A stretch of DNA of 64,000 nt from Hyaloraphidium curvatum SAG 235-1 (lineage: Eukaryota > Fungi > Monoblepharomycota), in contig JAIVFI010000041.1 of NCBI GenBank assembly GCA_025558095.1, positions 310,001 through 374,000 of the forward strand. Direction: 5' to 3'. The notes under the pieces are model-generated. The model saw nothing but the letters and a program-made list of their open reading frames with translations. It searched no databases and was not told where the DNA came from. Below are positions 56,724 to 64,000 of the stretch, piece by piece. The translations under genes were made by a program, and so were the position numbers. Position 1 is the first letter of the stretch. Every line of letters begins with the position of its first letter.

Positions 56724-58220
56724 ATGCCTCCCCCACCACCAGCGTACCTGCTGGACTTTTCTGCGGCCGAGTGGCGCGTGATTTTCCCGACTGCGCCGCC
56801 GTCGGCAGGCGTGCTGTTCGCGGACCGGCTGCCCCTCGCCGCGGATGGGGCCGGCGGAGCCCACGTCGGCGACAAACACACCGACGCCGTCGAATCCGAC
56901 CCCATTACCTATGACAGATGGCTACAGGCCGCGTCGAAAGGCGGCGGGGCGTGGCTCGCGTTCCAGGAGCGCGCCCTCCGGGTACTTTCGCCGTGGGCGA
57001 CGTTCAGTCTCACATGGTTCAATCCCGTCCTCCACATCCTGGGCCTCGTCTGTGTCATGCCGGTCCCGTTCTTTCTGGACCCCGCGGGTACTTTCGGTCA
57101 CACACAGCTCATCGCGGGCACCTTCAATCTCACATTATTCATCGTTGCGAACCTCTGGTTTTCGATTGTCGTTCACAGGACGTCCAGGGGCGCGCCACGG
57201 GCATTCGTCATTCATCTTGACGGCGTGCAACAACTTTTTAGACTTTGGCAACTTCAGGACGACGCGGTGTCGATGCTAGTCGCACACATTCCCGGCGACC
57301 CTCTGTGCCCATGCCGCGACTGCACCCGCTCACTCGTGCAGTGGATCCCTTGGGAGCGCCTACTTCGGAGCCTGGTGCAGCAGACGTCCACATTCTTTTA
57401 CATGTTTCTCATGCGCTGGACGGCCCTCGTCTACCTGGGAGACTACGTCTGGCCCCAAGCGTGGGGTGCGGCTCTTGGTGCCTTTTCGCTGTTCTCGCTC
57501 CTCCAGTACATTCTCCCTGCGTTCGTTTACACCTTTTTCCCCGCGAGCGACCCGCTTGTTCGCACGAGGACTCGCGTGTACCGCCGAGCGACGTACCTCT
57601 CGCTCTCCTCCTTTCTGTCCCGGTCGGCCGCCGCCCTGATGGATCCCGACTTACACTTTGACACTCTGCCCGACAGAGAGCTTTTCGCTGAACTGCATAA
57701 AGACTACGCGTTGAGCTGGTCTGCTGTTGGCGTTAATCCGAGCACTTCTTTTCTCATTACCGCGACCCTCCCAATCACTTTCCTTCAACTCGTCATCGCG
57801 GCTTCCACGGGATCTTGCATTCCAGCTTGGATCCTTTCCTGCTTCATCTGGGTCCCTCTCTTCGTGATGCTCGCCTTGTTCGAGATTCCGAGCATCAACG
57901 GCCAGATGGACGCCATCACGGAACTGTATCGCGGCGCGCACCTCTCGCTCGTTAGTCTTCTCTCTGAATCTGCGCGCCTGCTGGCCACGCCGCACCGCGA
58001 GGGGGTGCGGGACTGCCTGCGCGCCCGGGCCGCGCTACTCCACGCGCTCTCGGGCTCGGTGGAACACCACAGAATCCGCTTTGCAGGGCTACCGGTCACA
58101 TATGGCCTGGCCAAGACGATCGCGGTCACAATGCTGACGCTGATGGTCGGCTGCTGGAGCATCCTGCGGGGTTTCGGGATCTTTGTAACCTTGCAGACGT
58201 ACTGCCCCACGCCTGCGTAG
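56724..58220 (+). CDS. GR-like 7TM family copy 8 (intact; tandem subfamily)
   Basis: Close paralog of copy 6; HIPGDPLCPCRDC, GSCIP and the same TM7 motif. Confidence 0.85.
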   Translation: MPPPPPAYLLDFSAAEWRVIFPTAPPSAGVLFADRLPLAADGAGGAHVGDKHTDAVESDPITYDRWLQAASKGGGAWLAFQERALRVLSPWATFSLTWFNPVLHILGLVCVMPVPFFLDPAGTFGHTQLIAGTFNLTLFIVANLWFSIVVHRTSRGAPRAFVIHLDGVQQLFRLWQLQDDAVSMLVAHIPGDPLCPCRDCTRSLVQWIPWERLLRSLVQQTSTFFYMFLMRWTALVYLGDYVWPQAWGAALGAFSLFSLLQYILPAFVYTFFPASDPLVRTRTRVYRRATYLSLSSFLSRSAAALMDPDLHFDTLPDRELFAELHKDYALSWSAVGVNPSTSFLITATLPITFLQLVIAASTGSCIPAWILSCFIWVPLFVMLALFEIPSINGQMDAITELYRGAHLSLVSLLSESARLLATPHREGVRDCLRARAALLHALSGSVEHHRIRFAGLPVTYGLAKTIAVTMLTLMVGCWSILRGFGIFVTLQTYCPTPA

Positions 58221-58294
58221 CGCCGAACGGGTTTGTGAATGCTTACCGACGAAGCTAATCAAATAGATGCTTGCACTGCGGATCGTAGAACACT

Positions 58295-58562
58295 CAATCT
58301 ACACAAAAAGCGAAGCCCTGCCCCCCGAAGTTTACCCTTCCATCTCGTAGAGCCACTGAGCCGTGCCCTCCACCCGACTACTTACCTCACCGGCCGCCCT
58401 CCCAGCCGTCGTGGACGCCCCCTGCAGCGATCCCGATCCGGAGTGCTGGCCGTCCGAAGAACCTCCAGTCGAGCCGCCGCCGTTGCCGCGAACGCAAAGA
58501 TTGACCCAGCGTCGGAATACGGGTTCTGTGCAGCGCACCAGGGCCGCCGTAAGCCGCTGGCG
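58295..58562. repeat. Inverted copy of the ~270 bp repeat at 24920-25188
   Basis: Reverse-complement match. Confidence 0.9.
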
Positions 58563-58829
58563 TGCCGAAGTCATGAAGAGGGCCCTCAGCCCATCGATGT
58601 CATCCCCGGGGATCGAGTCCTGCCCAGAGAGCTTTCAAATAAAGTCGCGCTCAACAACAACAGTTCTTCACTTCGAGCGAAAGCGACCATGTAACGCTCA
58701 GGCAATCAGAGGATGAGATCTAGATGACGACCGGGCAGTTGTTGTAGCCCCGTTCTAGACACGACTTTCTCGATGGACGCGCGTCTGATCGATTTACGTG
58801 GTTCCGCCGATTCTCCGCTTCCGGTCGAG

Positions 58830-60204
58830 ATGCCTCCCCCGCCACCGACGGACCTGCTGGACTTTTCCGCCGCAGAATGGCGGGTCATTTTCCCCACCGC
58901 GCCGCCGCCGTCGGCGGGCGCGCCGTTCGCGGACCGGCTGCCCCTGGCCGCGGACGGGGACGGCGGCAGCCCGTTCCCGGGCGGCGACCAACACGCCTAC
59001 GCCGGGGAATCCGACCGTCTTACATATGACAGATGGATTCAGGCCGCATCGAAGCGCGGCGGGGGCTGGCTCGCGTTCCAGGAGCGCGGCATCCGGGTGC
59101 TCTCGCCGTGGATGGCGCTCAACCTCACGTGGTTTACCCCTGTCGTCCACGTCCTGGGCCTTCTCTGTGTCATGCCGTTTCCGTTCTTTTTGGACTCCGG
59201 GGGCACTTTTGGTCGCACGCAGCTCGTTGCGGGCACCGTCAATCTGGGAATAGCTATCGTCGCGAACTTGTCTTTCACGGTCGTCGTCACCAGCAAGACT
59301 AGGAACGCGCCGCGGGCATGCGACATCCATCTCTTCGTCGTGCATCAGCTGTTCCGGCTTTGGCAACTGCAGAAGGACGGCGGGTCGATCCTCATCGCGC
59401 ACGTTGACGGTGACCCTCTGTGCCCGTGCGACGAATGCGCCCGCCCACTCGTGCGGTGGATACCCTGGGAGCGCACTCTACGGAGCCTCGCACAGCAGTC
59501 TTCGACATTTGTGTACATGTTTCTCATGCGCTGGACAGCACTCGTCTACCTGGGCGGGTACGTGTGGCCGCAGGCGTGGGGTGCAACTCTCGGCGCCTTT
59601 TCGTTGTTCGCGATCCTGCAGTACAATCTTCCTTCATTCTTTGCCGGCTTTGTTCCCGCAAACGACCCACTCGTTCGCATCGGGACGCGCATTTACCGCC
59701 GCGCGACGTACCTCGCGCTCTCCTCCTTTCTGACCCGGGCTGCCGCCGCCCTGACGGATCCCGCCTCTGACTCGGACACCTTGCCCGCCAGAGAGCTTTA
59801 TGCCGAGCTCCACCGTGGCTATGCGGTCCGCTGGTCCGCCTACGGCGTCGACCCCATCACTTCTTTGCTTAGTGTTACTTTCCCCGGGGCCATCCTTCTG
59901 CTCATCATCGCGGTTTCCACTGGATCCTGCATTCCCGGCTGGATTCTTTCATGTTTCGTCTGGGTCCCCCTCTTCGTGGTGCTCGGCTTGTTCGAAATTC
60001 CGAGTATCAACGGCCAGATGGACGCCATCACGGAACTGTATCGCGGCGCGCACCTCTCGCTGGTCAGCCTCCTCTCCGAATCGGCGGGGCTCCCCGCCAC
60101 GCCGGAACGCGAGGCGGCGCGGGACCGCCTGCGCGCCCGGGCGGCGCTGCTCCATGCCCTGACGGGCTCCGCGGAACACCACAGGATCAAGTTTGCGGGG
60201 CTGC
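58830..60204 (+). pseudogene. GR-like 7TM family copy 9, interrupted at the start of TM7 by an LTR retrotransposon
   Basis: Matches copy 6 up to ..IKFAGL, then switches abruptly to TGTCAGG (LTR end) at 60205. Confidence 0.88.
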
Positions 60205-60335
60205 TGTCAGGACGGGGCGCGGGGGACCCGTAAAGACCTGTGTTGACGACGTTGAGGAGTCACTACACAGCACTGCGCCTAGTCTTCCCTCGCCGGGGAC
60301 CACCGTCCCCCTTGCCCCGACGCCGGCGCGTTACA
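60205..60335 (-). repeat. 3' LTR (~131 bp)
   Basis: On the minus strand it begins TGTAAC directly after the PPT and ends CTGACA at the host-gene junction. Confidence 0.85.
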
Positions 60336-63300
60336 TCACCCCCCCCCAACCGCCGCGTAGGACCCGGCTTGTCCGGAAAGCGGCGGTGAAAGTCGGCAAC
60401 GGCGTCGGGGGCGTGCTGGAGGTGCTCCCACGGTTCCCATGAGCGCTCCGATGGAGGAAAGTCCTTCCAGTCCACCAAGTACTGCAAGTGATTGCGGAAT
60501 CGGCGGGAATCCAGGATCTGGTTAACCTCGTACTCGGGTTCGCCGTCAATGATGTCCGGGGGTGGAGTCTCTGCGACGCGGCCGGGAAAATCGGCGGTGT
60601 CCGAGGGAGTATAGGGTTCGAGAAGCGAGACGTGAAAAACGTCATGAATGCCCATCGTGGGCGGAAGATCCAATCGAAACGCAACGGGATTGATCTGCTC
60701 CTTAATGCGGTAGGGCCCGAGGTAGCGAACGTCGAGCTTGCGAGACGGTCGACGCGTACGAATATTGCGCGCCGATAGCCAAGCACGGTCGCCGACGCGG
60801 AAAACGGGAGCATCCTCACGACTGACGTCTGCGGAGTCTTTGTAGCGTTCCTGGGCCCGCTGGAGGTTCTCGCGAAGGACGTCGTGGAGGGCGCGAAGCT
60901 CCCGGATGCGTTCCTCGGCGGCGGGAACGCGCGGCGCGTCGGGTGCTAAAACGTCGGCTCGCGGGTCGTAACCGTAGTTGGCGCGGAAAGGCGACATGCC
61001 AATGCTGGCGTGCACCGAGTTGTTGTACGCGAACTCGGCGAGCGGGAGCTGATTGAACCAGTCGTCCTGGGCGTAATTGACGTAGGTCCGGAGGTACTGC
61101 TCCAAAATCTGATTGATGCGCTCCGTCTGGCCGTCCGACTCGGGGTGCGCGGCCGAGGAGCGGTAAAGCTTGATGTCCATGAGTCCAAGAAGCCTTTCCC
61201 AGAATTTGGCGATGAATTGCGGTCCGCGGTCGCTGACGATGTCGAAGGGGAAGCCGTGGAGGCGGAATATTTCGCGAAGGAAGAGCCGAGCGGTGTCGTC
61301 GGCGGAGAAGTCCTTCCGCGCGCCAGCGAAATGAGCCTGCTTGGTCGACCGATCGGCCACGACGAGCACGGCGTCGAATCCCTCGGACTGGGGCAGGTCG
61401 GTGACGAAGTCCATACTGATCGAACGCCAAGGTCCGTCCGGGATTGGAAGTGGCTGGAGAAGGCCGTGCGGGGCATGGCGCGGGGCCTTGGTTCGCGTGC
61501 ACGTCTCGCAGCTCCGAATGTAGCGGGCGACGGTGTCCCAAACACGCGGCCACCAAAAATCTCGCAATATGAGCTCCACAGTCTTGCGAATTCCGAAGTG
61601 GCCGGCAGTAACGGCATCGTGACGGGTTCGGAGAAGCTCCGTCCGAGACTTGCCGACCGGCACGAAGATGAGACCGTCGCGGTAGAGAACGCCATCGAGA
61701 AGATGGAAACGAGAAACGGACGCGTCGTGAGCCTCCAGAAGAGCGATAATGCGACGGGCGAATGGGTCCTTGGCCGTATCGCGACGGATCATGTCCAGGA
61801 AATCCAACGAAGTCGCGTGGAGCGCGGCGACCAGGTGCGGCCCGAGGAGCGTGACGCGCTGTTGCGTAGAGACATCGTCGAAGTTGCCCGGAACGTAGTC
61901 GGAGCGGCGAGAAAGCGCGTCGGCGACGACTTGATCGGTGCCGGGTCGATGCTTCAAAACAAAGTCGTAGCCCGCGAGGGTCATGGCCCATCGAGCCTGA
62001 CGGCGATTGAGCATCTGCTGCTTCATGAAGTACTCCAGGTTCTTGTGGTCCGTGAAGACGTCGACTTTATGCGGGCTACCCTCGAGGTATCGCCGCCACG
62101 CCTTGAACGCGTCGACAACTGCGAGTAGCTCCTTGTCGTAGATCGGGTAGTTGATCTCCGCCGGCTGGAACTTCCGGGAATGAAACGCCACGGGATGCAT
62201 AAGCCCGTCGTTGGGGGCGGGCTGCGACAGCACGGCTCCGAGGGCGAAGTCGGAAGCATCTGCCTCAACTGTGTACGGAACGGCTGGATCGGCGTTACGC
62301 AGGAACGGAGCCGAAGTGAAAGCGGATTTGAGCGCATCGAAGGCTGCGCGAGCTTCCGGCGTGAAACGGAACGGATCGCCCGGCTTGAGCTTAGTGAGGT
62401 CCGTGAGCGGAAGTGTGATCTGCGCGTAGTCCTTGATGAAGCAGCGGTAGAAGTTGGCAAAGCCGAGGAAGCTTTGGAGCTGGCGAAGGGTCGCAGGCTC
62501 GGGCCATGAGGTGATGGACTCGACCTTGGAGGGGTCCATGATGACCTTGCCGTCGCCCACGATGAACCCGGCGTACTCGACGGTCGTAACATCGAACGAA
62601 CACTTGGAGAGCTTCGCGTACAGGTGGTTGTCCCGGAGGCGCTGCAGAACCTGGCGCACATGCCCCGCGTGATCGGCTTCGTTCTCTGAGAAGATCAAGA
62701 TGTCGTCGAGGTAGATCGCGACGAAGATGTCGAGTACGTCATGGAAGATGCTGTGCATGAAGCGCTGGAAGATGGCCGGCGCATTCATGAGGCCCATGGG
62801 CATGACGAGGTACTCGAACTGGCCGTAGCGGGTGCGGAAAGCCGTCTTCCACTCGTCTCCTTCGCGGACGCGAATCTGACGGTAGGCTTCGCGGAGATCC
62901 AGCTTGGTGAAGATCTTGGCACGGGAGAGGCGGTCCAGAAGGTCGGAAATGAGCGGGATCGGGTAGCGGTCTCGCTTCGTGATCCGGTTGAGACCGCGGT
63001 AATCCTCGCAGACGCGAAGCCCGCCGTCCTTCTTCTTTGCAAAGATGACTGGAACCCCGCTCGGAGAATCCGAAGGGCGGAGACGCCCCGATGCGGAAAG
63101 CTCTTCGATGTGCTTCCGGAGTGCCTCGGATTCGACTTCGGAGAGGCCGTGGAGACGTCCAGAAGGAGGGACTGCCCCTTCTTCGAGTTCGATTGCGCAA
63201 TCGAAACCGGGACGATGCGGCGGCAGTGACGATGCAGGCTTGTCCGGGTCGAAGACGTCCGCGAAGTCGGCGTACTGCGATGGGACCGTGGGCTCGGCGG

Positions 63301-64000
63301 CGGCCGCGCTTGCAGCGCGCGCGGCGGGGTCGGAGACCATGGCGACGAAGATCTGTGCGTCCTTGCGCTCGCGACGCATCTCGGCGACAAACTGGCGCGC
63401 CGAGAGATTAGCGATCTTCACCTTAGGCGGCGGAGGCGGAGGTACTTCCGGAGGCGCGCCCCGACCGGTCCCATCGGCCGGGGTTGGCCTCGGCGGTTGT
63501 TCGTCGACCCCGCGGCCCAAGGGGACGGCCTGCGGAGGTCTGCCTGCGTCGCCCGATCCCATGGAAGCCGAAAAAGAAGCCGTGTGTGGGTATTCGGACT
63601 CCGTGATGTCCTCGAGGATGGTCCGGTCGCTGGCCTGGCTGGAGGCGGGGTCAGCAGCTGGGAGACATCCACCGGCAGAGACGGATACGTCCACCGGGGC
63701 CGCCCGGCTGGCGCCTTCAGCCGGGCTTGTCTTTGGCGGTTCCTGATCCGCCGCCGGAGCCTTAGGCGCGCTCAACGGCGGGGAAACTCCCTGTGCGAAC
63801 GGGCGAGGGATCCGCAGGGATCGACGGGACCAATCGAGCGCCGCGTTCACGAACTCGAGGTACGAGAGTCCGAGAACGACCGGAATCGACGCGCTGATGA
63901 TGTTGAAGCTGACTCCGACGGTAATGCCATCGGCTGTCAGTGCGACGGGCTCCGTCTCCTGGGTGACGTCGCCCGACGAAATAGGCCGCCCGTCCACCAC
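60263..64000 (-). CDS. Pol polyprotein: protease C-terminus, reverse transcriptase, RNase H, integrase, chromodomain
   Basis: VVLGL..L; KKKDGGLR, KLDLR.AY, YLDD; EADASD, DKELLA, TDHKNL; H..GH..C..C, SMDF, SDRG, ER.NQ; YEV..ILD...YLV.W...SWEP. Confidence 0.97.
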   Translation of the reverse strand: MVDGRPISSGDVTQETEPVALTADGITVGVSFNIISASIPVVLGLSYLEFVNAALDWSRRSLRIPRPFAQGVSPPLSAPKAPAADQEPPKTSPAEGASRAAPVDVSVSAGGCLPAADPASSQASDRTILEDITESEYPHTASFSASMGSGDAGRPPQAVPLGRGVDEQPPRPTPADGTGRGAPPEVPPPPPPKVKIANLSARQFVAEMRRERKDAQIFVAMVSDPAARAASAAAAEPTVPSQYADFADVFDPDKPASSLPPHRPGFDCAIELEEGAVPPSGRLHGLSEVESEALRKHIEELSASGRLRPSDSPSGVPVIFAKKKDGGLRVCEDYRGLNRITKRDRYPIPLISDLLDRLSRAKIFTKLDLREAYRQIRVREGDEWKTAFRTRYGQFEYLVMPMGLMNAPAIFQRFMHSIFHDVLDIFVAIYLDDILIFSENEADHAGHVRQVLQRLRDNHLYAKLSKCSFDVTTVEYAGFIVGDGKVIMDPSKVESITSWPEPATLRQLQSFLGFANFYRCFIKDYAQITLPLTDLTKLKPGDPFRFTPEARAAFDALKSAFTSAPFLRNADPAVPYTVEADASDFALGAVLSQPAPNDGLMHPVAFHSRKFQPAEINYPIYDKELLAVVDAFKAWRRYLEGSPHKVDVFTDHKNLEYFMKQQMLNRRQARWAMTLAGYDFVLKHRPGTDQVVADALSRRSDYVPGNFDDVSTQQRVTLLGPHLVAALHATSLDFLDMIRRDTAKDPFARRIIALLEAHDASVSRFHLLDGVLYRDGLIFVPVGKSRTELLRTRHDAVTAGHFGIRKTVELILRDFWWPRVWDTVARYIRSCETCTRTKAPRHAPHGLLQPLPIPDGPWRSISMDFVTDLPQSEGFDAVLVVADRSTKQAHFAGARKDFSADDTARLFLREIFRLHGFPFDIVSDRGPQFIAKFWERLLGLMDIKLYRSSAAHPESDGQTERINQILEQYLRTYVNYAQDDWFNQLPLAEFAYNNSVHASIGMSPFRANYGYDPRADVLAPDAPRVPAAEERIRELRALHDVLRENLQRAQERYKDSADVSREDAPVFRVGDRAWLSARNIRTRRPSRKLDVRYLGPYRIKEQINPVAFRLDLPPTMGIHDVFHVSLLEPYTPSDTADFPGRVAETPPPDIIDGEPEYEVNQILDSRRFRNHLQYLVDWKDFPPSERSWEPWEHLQHAPDAVADFHRRFPDKPGPTRRLGGGDVTRRRRGKGDGGPRRGKTRRSAV
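60336..60350 (-). other. Polypurine tract
   Basis: Minus strand GTTGGGGGGGGGTGA immediately upstream of the LTR TG. Confidence 0.85.

Larger units (their letters stand above)
60205..64000 (-). mobile_element. Ty3/Gypsy chromodomain LTR retrotransposon (chromovirus); 5' part lies outside the window
   Basis: Domain order PR-RT-RH-IN-chromo; polypurine tract followed by a TG...CA-bounded LTR. Confidence 0.97.

Noticed and set aside
2-60204. 7TM family as classical GPCRs or microbial rhodopsins
   Set aside because: No signal peptide, no DRY/NPxxY motif or retinal-binding Lys motif, a very short C-tail, and a loop-length pattern that fits the inverted topology
43-64000. Many long overlapping Arg/Pro/Ala/Gly-rich ORFs (e.g. 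9048-11960 5' part, 11728-13434, 16556-18010, 36650-38152)
   Set aside because: These are shadow or antisense frames expected at high GC and carry no motifs; real genes explain the opposite strand or frame in most cases
1-64000. Bacterial origin of the contig, CRISPR arrays, tRNA or rRNA genes
   Set aside because: Spliceosomal introns, a Zn2Cys6 factor and a Gypsy element show it is eukaryotic; no regular repeat-spacer array or recognisable RNA gene was seen

Overview
GC-rich eukaryotic DNA, most likely from an early-diverging fungus. It has a Zn2Cys6 transcription factor and 50-70 bp GT..AG introns with CTRAC-like branch points; a chytrid/monoblepharid-like host is my inference. The window is gene-dense and accessory-like. 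Main signal: nine copies (intact, frameshifted, fragmentary or transposon-disrupted) of one ~490-520 aa seven-transmembrane family. Its loop architecture and final-helix motif resemble the insect gustatory/odorant receptor (7TMIC / GRL / plant DUF3537) superfamily, and it adds a conserved His/Asp/Cys motif. Second signal: two tandem ~1200 aa secreted proteins built as SUEL lectin + long helical region with a hydrophobic hairpin + a C-terminal domain resembling that of Tc toxin TcA; one copy appears GPI-anchored. Also present: histidine phosphatase, PPTase, saccharopine-dehydrogenase-like enzyme, methyltransferase, NIPA/Rsm1-like zinc finger, CinA/PncC, MAPEG, P450, F-box proteins, sulfatase, hybrid histidine kinase, DUF899, flavin amine oxidase and several chimeric pseudogene fragments. 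A Ty3/Gypsy chromovirus with a ~131 bp LTR is inserted into the last 7TM gene. All family calls come from motif recognition by eye, not database searches, and intron boundaries were inferred manually.
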